From IMG/VR virus record IMGVR_UViG_3300035145_002419, positions 11,985 through 75,984 of that record: 64,000 nucleotides of DNA; one strand, 5' to 3'. A program made the translations under genes and the position numbers. Shown here piece after piece: positions 30,539 through 40,019 of the stretch (position 1 is the stretch's first letter; every line of letters starts with the position of its first letter). The DNA is from a virus. The notes beneath the pieces were generated by a model. It was not told the origin of the DNA. It saw only the letters and a program-made list of their open reading frames with translations, and did not search any database.

Positions 30539-30695
30539 TGACATCAAATTAGATAGTTTAACGAAAAATTTTGAATATACAAAACATTCAAGAGAACTTG
30601 ATGCTCTTACTGACATTGAACAAATAAGGCATGTTGCAAAATGTTATGCAAAACTTTATTTGAAGCAACAAGAAGTTTTATCTAAAATAGCATAA
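30528..30695 (+). CDS. 55-aa helical protein, candidate NblA-like; not in ORF track
   Basis: Manual translation MNPDDIKLDSLTKNFEYTKHSRELDALTDIEQIRHVAKCYAKLYLKQQEVLSKIA; AGGAG RBS at 30515-30519; fills the gap before gp13. The ORF is solid, the function tentative. Confidence 0.65.
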   Translation: MNPDDIKLDSLTKNFEYTKHSRELDALTDIEQIRHVAKCYAKLYLKQQEVLSKIA

Positions 30696-30698
30696 ATA
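30691..30698 (+). promoter_or_regulatory. late promoter (CATAAATA)
   Basis: 21 nt upstream of gp13; contains the upstream TAA. Confidence 0.7.
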
Positions 30699-30719
30699 TC
30701 TTTATAAGGTATAAGATAA

Positions 30720-31568
30720 ATGGCGCAACCATCTTCTAGACAAGAATTAATTAACTACTGTAAAAGAAAACTGGGTGCGCCAGTTTTGGAAATCAATGTT
30801 GCCGATGAGCAAATTGATGATCTTGTGGATGATGCACTTCAATTTTTTCAAGAAAGACACTTTGATGGTGTCTCACAAATGTTCTTAAAATATCAAGTTA
30901 CACAAGAAGATATTGATAGAGGTAGAGCAAAACCAGGAACTGATAATACCGCTGGAATAACAACTACAACTGCGACAACATCTATTAATGGTGCCTCCAC
31001 AACATTTTCATATCTAGAGAATAGCAATTTTTTGCAGGTTCCGCCGTCTGTTATTGGTGTAACTAAGATATTTCATTTTGATGGTACTAACACAATCACA
31101 AACAACATGTTTAGTGTTAAGTATCAAATGTTTCTTAATGATGTTTATTATTGGGGATCTACAGAAATTCTTACCTATGCGATGGTGAAAACATATCTTG
31201 AAGATATGGATTTTCTTTTAACAACTCAAAAACAAATCAGGTTCAATCAAAGACAAGATAGATTGTATCTTGATATTGATTGGGGTTCTTTAAGTGTTGG
31301 AGATTTTATAATAATTGATTGCTTTAGAATCTTAGATCCTAATGATTATTCGCGTGTATGGAATGATTCATTCTTAAAAATATACTTAACATCTTTAATT
31401 AAAAGGCAGTGGGGACAAAACTTAATCAAGTTCCAAGGTGTCAAACTTCCTGGAGGAGTGGAACTTAATGGTAGACAAATATATGATGATGCACAAAAAG
31501 AAATTGACGATCTAATGGAAAAAATGTCAAATACATATGAACTTCCCCCATTAGATATGATAGGTTGA
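30720..31568 (+). CDS. gp13: neck protein gp13
   Basis: LGAPVLEINV; IKRQWGQNLIKFQGVKLPGGVELNG. Confidence 0.93.
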   Translation: MAQPSSRQELINYCKRKLGAPVLEINVADEQIDDLVDDALQFFQERHFDGVSQMFLKYQVTQEDIDRGRAKPGTDNTAGITTTTATTSINGASTTFSYLENSNFLQVPPSVIGVTKIFHFDGTNTITNNMFSVKYQMFLNDVYYWGSTEILTYAMVKTYLEDMDFLLTTQKQIRFNQRQDRLYLDIDWGSLSVGDFIIIDCFRILDPNDYSRVWNDSFLKIYLTSLIKRQWGQNLIKFQGVKLPGGVELNGRQIYDDAQKEIDDLMEKMSNTYELPPLDMIG

Positions 31569-31572
31569 TATC

Positions 31573-32961
31573 ATGCTTAATCCATTTTTTCAACAAGGTT
31601 CTCAAGGCGAACAAAATCTTGTTCAGGATTTAATTAATGAACAACTAAAAATATATGGTGTAGAAGTATATTATTTGCCTCGTCAGTATGCTACTACAAA
31701 TACAATTATAAGAGAAGTTGTTGAATCTAAATTTGAAAATGCATATCCCATAGAAGCGTATGTAGATACTTACGATGGATATAATGGTCTTGGCACCTTG
31801 ATGTCAAAGTTTGGTATTCAAGAGATGGATGACCTAACTTTAACCATATCTAAAGAAAGATTTGAAGAATATATTACACCATTATCTAAAGAAATTGATG
31901 ATGTTAAATTAGCAACTAGACCTAAGGAAGGTGATTTAATTTATTTTCCTTTAGGTGATAGATTATTTGAGATCAAATATGTTGAGCATGAAAAACCATT
32001 CTATCAACTACAAAAAAATTATGTTTATCAATTAACGTGTGAACTCTTCAGATATGAAGATGAAGTAATCACTACAGATATTGCAGAGATAGACGATAAC
32101 ATAGTTGATCAGGGATATAATATTACCCTTTCAATGGTTGGAACTGCAGCAACAGCAACTGCAATTACTGGAATTGTTAACGGTGGTATAAGATTTGTTC
32201 AACTAACCAATAGGGGAAATAATTTTACATCAATACCAACAGTTGCTTTCTCTGCAGCACCATCTGGAGGAACAACTGCAGTTGGTGTAGCAACAATGAT
32301 TGATGGACTCATAGATTGTAATGGTTTTGTTGATGGAACAAAGGTCCAGGGCGTTGAATTCCGCAATACTGGTATTGGATACACTGTTGCCCCAGGAATC
32401 GCCTTTGTAGGCGGCGGTGGCGCTGGTGTGGCAGCGACAACATCTATTGGTGATGGCGTTGTTGGCGTTGTTTCTGTAACATCTGGTGGTGGTGGATATG
32501 ATGCAGATCCTCTTGTAACATTCAGTTCTCCAACAGGTTCAGGAACTACTGTTGTTGCAACTGGACGTGCAGTTATTAATTCTGTTGGTATTGTCACTGA
32601 AGTTAGGGTTACAAATGCCGGATTAGGGTACACGTCTGCACCAACTATTACAATAGCAGATCCAGTATTTGGAAGCACAGGTTCATATCAATACAATGAA
32701 GTGGTGACTGGAGCAAGTAGTAGCACCACAGCGTATGTCAATTCTTGGGATGCTACAACTAATGTCTTAGAACTTAAGGTAGTATCTGGCACATTCTTGG
32801 CAGGAGAAATGTTACTTGGATCTACAAGTGGAGCAAATAGGGCAATAAGAACTGTAAATACAGATGATGTTATTGATCCATATGCGGACAATGATACCAT
32901 AGAACTGGAAGCAGATTCTATCTTAGACTTCAGTGAGTCCAATCCATTTGGCAATCCATAA
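31573..32961 (+). CDS. gp14: neck protein gp14 with internal repeat-domain insertion
   Basis: EQNLVQDLINE..YYLPR; SKFGI; PKEGDLIYFP..LFEIKYVE..PFYQL; DFSESNPFG. Confidence 0.92.
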   Translation: MLNPFFQQGSQGEQNLVQDLINEQLKIYGVEVYYLPRQYATTNTIIREVVESKFENAYPIEAYVDTYDGYNGLGTLMSKFGIQEMDDLTLTISKERFEEYITPLSKEIDDVKLATRPKEGDLIYFPLGDRLFEIKYVEHEKPFYQLQKNYVYQLTCELFRYEDEVITTDIAEIDDNIVDQGYNITLSMVGTAATATAITGIVNGGIRFVQLTNRGNNFTSIPTVAFSAAPSGGTTAVGVATMIDGLIDCNGFVDGTKVQGVEFRNTGIGYTVAPGIAFVGGGGAGVAATTSIGDGVVGVVSVTSGGGGYDADPLVTFSSPTGSGTTVVATGRAVINSVGIVTEVRVTNAGLGYTSAPTITIADPVFGSTGSYQYNEVVTGASSSTTAYVNSWDATTNVLELKVVSGTFLAGEMLLGSTSGANRAIRTVNTDDVIDPYADNDTIELEADSILDFSESNPFGNP

Positions 32962-32964
32962 ATA
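32957..32964 (+). promoter_or_regulatory. late promoter (CATAAATA)
   Basis: Overlaps gp14 TAA, upstream of gp15. Confidence 0.65.
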
Positions 32965-33004
32965 ATAATACATTTTGTTAAATAGAGTACAATAAACTTT
33001 CACC

Positions 33005-34000
33005 ATGTTTGAATACTTTTACCACGAAATATTAAGAAAGACTTTAATATCTTTCGGAACACTGTTCAACGGAATTGTTATAAAGCACTCTGATGACAAT
33101 GATAGCACTGTCAGTGAGGTAAAAGTTCCATTGGCATATGGTCCAATGCAAAAGTTCTTGGCAAGACTTGAGCAATCTGCGGATCTCAATAAACCAACGC
33201 AGATGAGTCTTCCTAGAATGTCATTTGAGTTTACTGGATTAAATTATGACCCAACAAGAAAAGTCACAACCACACAATCTTTTCTTTTAGGAAGTGGTGG
33301 AGAAGAGAAGAAAGCATACATGCCGGTTCCATATAACATGCAGTTTGAACTGAATGTTATGACCAAGTTGAATGATGACATGCTCCAAATTGTTGAGCAA
33401 ATCTTACCATATTTTCAACCATCATATAATCTAACAGTAAATCTTTTATCAGAAATTTCTGAAAAGAAGGATATACCTGTGATCCTTGATAGCATCACGA
33501 TGAATGATGATTATGAAGGAGATTTTACTACTAGAAGAGCATTAATCTATACACTTAGATTTACTGCAAAAACTTATCTTTATGGTCCAGTTGCTTCTGC
33601 TGGTACTGACATTATTAGAAAAGTTTCTGTTGGTTATGTTGCTGGAGCAAGAGATGGTAGAAATGTTGAAAGAGATGTTACTTATTCGGTTGAACCAAGA
33701 GCGATTAAAAATTATGATGGTGTAGTTGTCACAACATTATCAGAAGACATTAGTGAGTCTGTAACATCAATAAATGTAGCAGAAGTTGCTTCTATCACTA
33801 AAGGTGGCAATATTATTATAAATGGCGAATCACTATATGTTAGTAAGATAACTGGCAACAAACTAACAGTCAGGCGTGGTCAGGACGGAACAACACCGGT
33901 ATCGCATGTTGCTGGTTCTGAGATTGGTACAATTACGGCGGCAGATAATATACTCATTCCAACTGGCGATGACTTTGGTTTTGATGGCGGATTCTCATGA
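33005..34000 (+). CDS. gp15: tail sheath stabilizer/completion protein gp15
   Basis: FYHEILRK..FGTLFN; KVPLAYGP; LPRMSF; PVPYN; QIVEQILPYFQP. Confidence 0.93.
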   Translation: MFEYFYHEILRKTLISFGTLFNGIVIKHSDDNDSTVSEVKVPLAYGPMQKFLARLEQSADLNKPTQMSLPRMSFEFTGLNYDPTRKVTTTQSFLLGSGGEEKKAYMPVPYNMQFELNVMTKLNDDMLQIVEQILPYFQPSYNLTVNLLSEISEKKDIPVILDSITMNDDYEGDFTTRRALIYTLRFTAKTYLYGPVASAGTDIIRKVSVGYVAGARDGRNVERDVTYSVEPRAIKNYDGVVVTTLSEDISESVTSINVAEVASITKGGNIIINGESLYVSKITGNKLTVRRGQDGTTPVSHVAGSEIGTITAADNILIPTGDDFGFDGGFS

Positions 34001-34437
34001 AAATGACAAAGAAATTTGACGATCTAAATGAAACATTTAATGTATCTAACGATATAATTACTCCGGAAGTTGAACCGGCACCAGTCAAGAAGATTGAAGA
34101 AAAGAAATCTTCTACAGATATAACTAAAGATTATGAGTATACTAGAGGCAATCTATATTCACTTATAGAAAAAGGTCAAGAGGCAATTAATGGTATTCTT
34201 GAACTTGCACAAGAAACAGAACAAGCAAGAGCATATGAAGTTGCTGGTCAGTTGATAAAAAGTGTTGCAGATGCAACTGACAAATTAATGGAACTTCAAA
34301 AGAGACTTAAAGAAGTGGAAGAAGAAAAACAAACAAAAGGTCCGTCTACAGTTAATAACGCTTTGTTTGTGGGATCTACTGCTGATTTGGCAAAACTACT
34401 GAAGAAAGGATTGCCAAATGAAGAGCAAAAAGGCTAA
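33997..34437 (+). CDS. gp16: terminase small subunit gp16 (start 33997 or 34003)
   Basis: DYEYTRGNLY; RAYEVAGQL; NALFVGSTADL. Confidence 0.92.
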   Translation: MKMTKKFDDLNETFNVSNDIITPEVEPAPVKKIEEKKSSTDITKDYEYTRGNLYSLIEKGQEAINGILELAQETEQARAYEVAGQLIKSVADATDKLMELQKRLKEVEEEKQTKGPSTVNNALFVGSTADLAKLLKKGLPNEEQKG

Positions 34438-34461
34438 ATAATAAGAGAACTATCTCATTTA

Positions 34462-35829
34462 ATGACAAAGCATAAGTGCCCGTCAGGTGAATATTATTGC
34501 TACACTGATAAAAAGTGTAAACCAATCCCCAAGGGATTTAAGATGGTGGGCCCTGCTGGATACTTAAGAAAAGAAAATGGTCATTCTGTGGAAGATGAAG
34601 CAGAAACCAAAAAGAATGGTAATGGTAGCAATGGAAATGGTAATGGCAATGGTGGAGGTTCTGTAAGTGAAGCTAACAAAAGTGGCGATAGTTCTTTGCG
34701 TGACTGGTTTGGTAAGAGTAAGTCTAGTGATGGCAAGCCTGGTTGGGTTCAACTGGGTGGCAAATATGCAGGAAAACCCTGCGCAAAACAACCAGGACAA
34801 ACCACAAAACCCAAGTGTGGTTCTAGCAAAATGAAGCGTAACCTCTCCAAAGATGAGGAGGAAGCAGCATTTCGCCGCAAGAATCGTAAAGACCCAAATC
34901 CAGATAGAAAAGGGAAAGCAATTAACGTGAAGACTGAAGAAACCGTAATTGAAGCTAAAGGCGAAAAAGATGCCTGTTACCATAAGGTCAAGTCACGTTA
35001 TTCAGTTTGGCCAAGTGCATATGCGTCAGGAGCACTGGTCAAATGCCGCAAAGTCGGTGCTAAGAATTGGGGAAATAAATCCAAGAAGAACGAAGAATTT
35101 ACTCCAATCCAGATTGCAGCACTTGAGTCTATTGATGCCGTTGAGGTAAATGAGGCAGGACAAAAGTGTTGGAAAGGATATGAAAAGAAAGGAACCAAAA
35201 AGATGTTTGGTAAAACGTATAATAACTGTGTCAAGAAGGAAGACATCGAACTCACAGATGTTTATGGAGATACCTTCGCAGTTATTAAAGACGTTATAAA
35301 ACCAGAACCACTTCAACCATCAACAAGTAATATAGATTATGAAACATATGATATTGAAGCAATGGTTGAGGCAACTCGCATTCCAGCAAAAACTGGAAAT
35401 ATTGTTAAGGTTTTTCTTTCTTGGAGAGGAAAGTTCTATTCTATTCAAATGTTCTTCCCTTCAGTAAAAGTACCTGGTAGATCTGAGATTCAAGATCAGA
35501 TCAATAAGGTATATCCTGGCGCAAAAGTTCAAAATTACGCAGTAACGGACTATGAACCGGGAAACCCACTCCTCCAAACAGAAGGAGCAGCATGGACAAA
35601 AAAAGAAGGAAAGTCTAAATCAGGTGGACTCAATGAAAAAGGCAGAAAGTCTTACGAAAGAGAAAATCCAGGATCTGACCTCAAAGCACCTAGCAAGAAG
35701 GTTGGAAATCCCCGTAGGGCATCTTTCTGCGCTCGAATGAAAGGAATGAAGAAAAAATTGACTTCCAAAAAAACTGCTAATGATCCAGATAGCAGAATCA
35801 ATAAGTCATTAAGAGCTTGGAATTGCTGA
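34462..35829 (+). CDS. modular basic Cys-containing hypothetical protein (C-terminus DUF6321-like); possible internal head protein
   Basis: 455-aa ORF behind CTAAATA (34434-34440); discrete basic modules separated by Glu-ending linkers. Confidence 0.7.
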   Translation: MTKHKCPSGEYYCYTDKKCKPIPKGFKMVGPAGYLRKENGHSVEDEAETKKNGNGSNGNGNGNGGGSVSEANKSGDSSLRDWFGKSKSSDGKPGWVQLGGKYAGKPCAKQPGQTTKPKCGSSKMKRNLSKDEEEAAFRRKNRKDPNPDRKGKAINVKTEETVIEAKGEKDACYHKVKSRYSVWPSAYASGALVKCRKVGAKNWGNKSKKNEEFTPIQIAALESIDAVEVNEAGQKCWKGYEKKGTKKMFGKTYNNCVKKEDIELTDVYGDTFAVIKDVIKPEPLQPSTSNIDYETYDIEAMVEATRIPAKTGNIVKVFLSWRGKFYSIQMFFPSVKVPGRSEIQDQINKVYPGAKVQNYAVTDYEPGNPLLQTEGAAWTKKEGKSKSGGLNEKGRKSYERENPGSDLKAPSKKVGNPRRASFCARMKGMKKKLTSKKTANDPDSRINKSLRAWNC

Positions 35830-35835
35830 TAAAAT

Positions 35836-37491
35836 ATGTCTGATCATGGAATATATCTTGGTAATCCCAATTTAAAAAAGGCGAATACTGCGATTGAATT
35901 TACAGAAGAACAGGTTATAGAATTCCTTAAATGTAAGGAAGATCCTGTTTACTTTGCAAATAATTATATTAAAATTGTTTCTCTGGATGAAGGTCTAACA
36001 CAATTTCACCCATATCATTTTCAGGAAAAGTTAATTAACAACTTCCATGAAAACAGATTCAATATTTGTAAGATGCCTCGTCAGACTGGTAAGTCTACGA
36101 CTGTGGTATCTTATCTTCTTCACTACGCAGTCTTTAACGATAGTGTTAATATTGGTATCCTTGCTAACAAGGCAGCCACCGCAAGGGAACTGCTAGGAAG
36201 ATTACAGACTGCATACGAAAATTTGCCAAAATGGATGCAACAGGGTATTATATCCTGGAACAAAGGATCCCTGGAATTAGAAAATGGCAGTAAAATTTTG
36301 GCAGCGTCTACGTCTGCAAGTGCTGTCCGAGGTATGTCGTTCAACATCCTCTTTCTCGACGAGTTCGCGTTCGTCCCAAATCATGTTGCTGACTCGTTCT
36401 TTGCCTCTGTTTATCCTACTATTACTTCTGGTAAAAACACCAAAGTAATTATTGTATCTACCCCACATGGTATGAATCATTTCTACCGTATGTGGCATGA
36501 TGCGGAAAGAAATAAAAATGAATATGTTCCTACAGATGTTCACTGGTCAGAAGTTCCTGGAAGAGACTCAAAGTGGAAAGAAACAACCATTGCAAATACA
36601 TCGGAACAGCAGTTCAAGGTTGAGTTTGAATGTGAGTTCTTAGGATCTGTTGATACTTTAATAGCACCATCAAAATTAAAAACGATGGTATATGACAACC
36701 CAATGACAAGAAATGCTGGGTTGGACATGTATGAGGATGTCATCGATAAACATGACTATGTAATGACTGTTGATGTAGCAAGAGGAGTTGGGGAAGATTA
36801 TTCTGCTTTTGTTGTTGTCGATATAACTACTTTTCCTCATAGAGTTGTTGCAAAATATAGGAATAATGATATCAAACCAATGTTGTTCCCAAATATCATA
36901 TATGAAGTTGCAAAAAATTATAATAGTGCCTTTATATTATGCGAAGTAAATGATATTGGCGATCAAGTAGCAAGTATATTGCAATATGATCTTGAATATC
37001 AGAATCTTTTAATGTGTTCTATGAGAGGTAGAGCAGGTCAAATTGTAGGTCAAGGATTTTCTGGTAAAAAGACGCAACTTGGGGTTAAGATGTCCAAGAC
37101 TGTCAAGAAAGTTGGATCTCTAAACCTCAAGACTTTAATTGAGGAAGACAAACTTATCTTCAATGACTATGAGATTATTTCAGAACTAACAACGTTTATT
37201 TCAAAGCATAACTCATTTGAGGCAGAGGAAGGTTGTAATGATGACTTAGCAATGTGCCTTGTGATCTATGCTTGGTTAGTCCAGATGGACTATTTTAAAG
37301 AATTGACTGATCAGGATGTTCGTAAAAGATTATATGAAGAACAAAAAAATCAAATAGAACAAGATATGGCACCATTCGGATTTATGGATGATGGATTAGG
37401 ATCTGATAGTTTTGTGGATGGTGATGGTGATAGGTGGTTTAATGCAGATGAATATGGTGATAAGTCTTATATGTGGGAGTACCTATCTTAA
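35836..37491 (+). CDS. gp17: terminase large subunit gp17
   Basis: Walker A PRQTGKST; Walker B LFLDEFAF; VSTPHG; DVARG..DYS; NDDL nuclease motifs. Confidence 0.97.
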   Translation: MSDHGIYLGNPNLKKANTAIEFTEEQVIEFLKCKEDPVYFANNYIKIVSLDEGLTQFHPYHFQEKLINNFHENRFNICKMPRQTGKSTTVVSYLLHYAVFNDSVNIGILANKAATARELLGRLQTAYENLPKWMQQGIISWNKGSLELENGSKILAASTSASAVRGMSFNILFLDEFAFVPNHVADSFFASVYPTITSGKNTKVIIVSTPHGMNHFYRMWHDAERNKNEYVPTDVHWSEVPGRDSKWKETTIANTSEQQFKVEFECEFLGSVDTLIAPSKLKTMVYDNPMTRNAGLDMYEDVIDKHDYVMTVDVARGVGEDYSAFVVVDITTFPHRVVAKYRNNDIKPMLFPNIIYEVAKNYNSAFILCEVNDIGDQVASILQYDLEYQNLLMCSMRGRAGQIVGQGFSGKKTQLGVKMSKTVKKVGSLNLKTLIEEDKLIFNDYEIISELTTFISKHNSFEAEEGCNDDLAMCLVIYAWLVQMDYFKELTDQDVRKRLYEEQKNQIEQDMAPFGFMDDGLGSDSFVDGDGDRWFNADEYGDKSYMWEYLS

Positions 37492-37718
37492 TGGAATTAG
37501 ATGGTCAGATAAAATTAGGTCATCTTTTACTTACTGACAGAAAGTGTCGTGCATGTGGAGAAACAAAAAATTTGATTGATGGTTTCTATAGAACTAGAAA
37601 AGATAGAGGACCTGTAGCATCTTCATATTCTTATGAGTGTAAGGATTGTACTGTAAAAAGAATTTTAGAATCTAGAAAAAAATCCGTGTCGGATAGGTGG
37701 GAATACCCTGATTGGTAA
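37491..37718 (+). CDS. small Zn-finger protein (CxxC...CxxC), resembling the N-terminus of EndoVII-type endonucleases
   Basis: CRAC and CKDC; TAATG coupling to gp17 stop favours start 37491 over 37473. Confidence 0.7.
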   Translation: MELDGQIKLGHLLLTDRKCRACGETKNLIDGFYRTRKDRGPVASSYSYECKDCTVKRILESRKKSVSDRWEYPDW

Positions 37719-37755
37719 GTTCACGCTAATTTTCCCCTGTGAAAACATAGTTTTT

Positions 37756-37763
37756 AATAAATA
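37756..37763 (+). promoter_or_regulatory. late promoter (AATAAATA)
   Basis: Upstream of gp18; GGAG RBS follows. Confidence 0.7.
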
Positions 37764-37800
37764 TTTTCAGATAAATTACGATTGACACGGAGAACAAAAC

Positions 37801-39981
37801 ATGGCGACTCCTCAATTATCGCCTGGGGTATTAACCAGGGAAGTTGACCTTACAGTAGGAAGAGCTGATAATGTATTAGATAATATTGGTGCCATTGCTG
37901 GACCATTTGAACTTGGACCTGTTGAAGAAGCAGTAGACATTCAGACTGAGCAACAACTTATCAATACATTTGGTAAACCAATTGGAACAGACGCTCAGTA
38001 TGAATACTGGATGTCTGCATCTTCATTCCTTTCATATGGCGGTGTTCTGAAGGTTGCCAGAGTTGATGGAGCGACACTCAACAATGCAAACGCAGCACCT
38101 GGATATGCTTCCACGACTGGACTAAAAATTAAAAACTACGATGATTATGGTACTAATCATTCTGGCGAAGCAGTAGAATATGTTTATGGCGCAAAGAATC
38201 CAGGATCCTGGGCAAATGGATTAAAGATCTGCACAATTGATGACTTTGCAGACCAGACAATTGGCATTAATACTACAGACCTTGCAGCTGCTGGTGCTGT
38301 TGTTGGATATGGCGTTACAACCACCATTAATGGAATTCTTCCTGGAGCAGGAACCACTGAGGTATTCAATGGGTATGTAAAAGGAATTATTACTGGTGTT
38401 ACTACTTCTACAAGTGGAGCAAGCACAGTTGATGTTAAGGTTGTTTCAAGAGTTTCTGCAGCAGGAACTGAGACTAAGATTGCCTACGGTCAAGGTAACG
38501 CACTGAACTCATTTGAGACCGCAGATACTTTATTCTTTGTCAATAATTCTGGAACTAATGTTGGCGAGGAAACAGCAGGAAGTGCTGTTGACTGGTACGA
38601 TCAACAAACTCTTGGATTAACGAATTCCACAGTATATTGGAAAACTATTGCACCAAAACCAGTAACTAATCAGTATTCTGCCGTAAGAAACGGATATGGT
38701 GATGGTCTTCATGTTGCCGTTGTTGATGATACTGGAAGTGTAACGGGTATTCAAGGTAATATTCTTGAAAAGCATACTGGACTTTCCAAGGCTGTAGATT
38801 CTATTTCTTCTGTAAATTCACCTCAGAAAATCTGGTATAAGAACTATCTGAGAGATTTCTCTGAAAATGTTTACGCTGGGTATAATCCATCGCAAGCGGT
38901 TGATGCATATCATGGAACTGTGCCTGTAGCTACTGGATTCTCTTCAGGATATACACCATTCACGACTGGACAAGGTGTATGGGGGCAAGATGCACAAGGA
39001 GTAACCTTTAGTGCTATTGGAAACAAAACTTATACACTTGCTGGTGGTGTTGATTATTCCGCTGCTGGTGGAATGAAAGCGGAGTTAGGTGACGTTGTAA
39101 ATGGTTATGAGTTATTCTCAAATGAGGATGAAGTTGCAGTTGATTTCCTTATCAACGGTCCAAGTTGTCTGAATGAAGCAGATTCCCAAGCAAAAGCAAA
39201 TAAATTGATTTCTATCGCTGCAGATAGAAAGGATTGCATGGCGGTCATTTCTCCACATAGAGGGGGAGTTGTAGATGTTCCAAATGCAGCAACACAAACC
39301 TCAAATATTATTAGATTCTTCAGTGCTTTAACCTCTTCCTCATACGCTGTATTTGATAGTGGTTACAAGTATACTTATGACAGATTTAATAATACCTTTA
39401 GGTATGTTGCAACTAATGCTGATGTTGCTGGATTAATGACTAGAACTGGTCTTAATGCCTTCCCTTGGTTCTCACCCGCAGGACAACAAAGAGGAACACT
39501 TAACAATGCTGTTAAGTTAGCATATAATCCAAATAAGACCCAAAGAGATCTTCTTTACACTGCAAGAATTAATCCTATTATTAATCAACCTGGTGGTGGT
39601 GTCATCTTATTTGGTGATAAGACCGCACTTTCATATCAATCTGCATTTGATAGAATTAACGTTCGCCGTTTGTTCTTGACTGTTGAACAGTCACTTAAGA
39701 GTTCTGCTAATGCTCAACTCTTTGAACTTAACGATCAAGCAACGAGATCAAACTTTAGAAATATTGTTGATCCATATTTACGTGATATTCGTGCAAAGAG
39801 AGGTATTGTTGACTTCTTAGTTATTTGTGATGAAACAAATAACACTCCTGACGTTGTTGATAATAATGAATTTAGAGCTGATATTTTCCTGAAACCAACC
39901 AAGTCAATTAATTATGTAACACTAACTTTCGTAGCTACGAGAACTGGTGTAAGTTTTGAAGAAGTGGCTGGTAGAGCTTGA
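37801..39981 (+). CDS. gp18: tail sheath protein gp18
   Basis: LSPGV..REVDLT; PWFSPAG; GDKT; FDRINVRRLF; KPTKSINYV. Confidence 0.96.
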   Translation: MATPQLSPGVLTREVDLTVGRADNVLDNIGAIAGPFELGPVEEAVDIQTEQQLINTFGKPIGTDAQYEYWMSASSFLSYGGVLKVARVDGATLNNANAAPGYASTTGLKIKNYDDYGTNHSGEAVEYVYGAKNPGSWANGLKICTIDDFADQTIGINTTDLAAAGAVVGYGVTTTINGILPGAGTTEVFNGYVKGIITGVTTSTSGASTVDVKVVSRVSAAGTETKIAYGQGNALNSFETADTLFFVNNSGTNVGEETAGSAVDWYDQQTLGLTNSTVYWKTIAPKPVTNQYSAVRNGYGDGLHVAVVDDTGSVTGIQGNILEKHTGLSKAVDSISSVNSPQKIWYKNYLRDFSENVYAGYNPSQAVDAYHGTVPVATGFSSGYTPFTTGQGVWGQDAQGVTFSAIGNKTYTLAGGVDYSAAGGMKAELGDVVNGYELFSNEDEVAVDFLINGPSCLNEADSQAKANKLISIAADRKDCMAVISPHRGGVVDVPNAATQTSNIIRFFSALTSSSYAVFDSGYKYTYDRFNNTFRYVATNADVAGLMTRTGLNAFPWFSPAGQQRGTLNNAVKLAYNPNKTQRDLLYTARINPIINQPGGGVILFGDKTALSYQSAFDRINVRRLFLTVEQSLKSSANAQLFELNDQATRSNFRNIVDPYLRDIRAKRGIVDFLVICDETNNTPDVVDNNEFRADIFLKPTKSINYVTLTFVATRTGVSFEEVAGRA

Positions 39982-40019
39982 TTTTAAATCGTAAATTACT
40001 TACCTAGGAGAAAAAAACA

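Noticed and set aside
37720-37746. Weak inverted repeats (TTCAC/GTGAA, TTTTC/GAAAA) before the gp18 promoter
   Set aside because: Only 5-bp AT-rich stems; chance level
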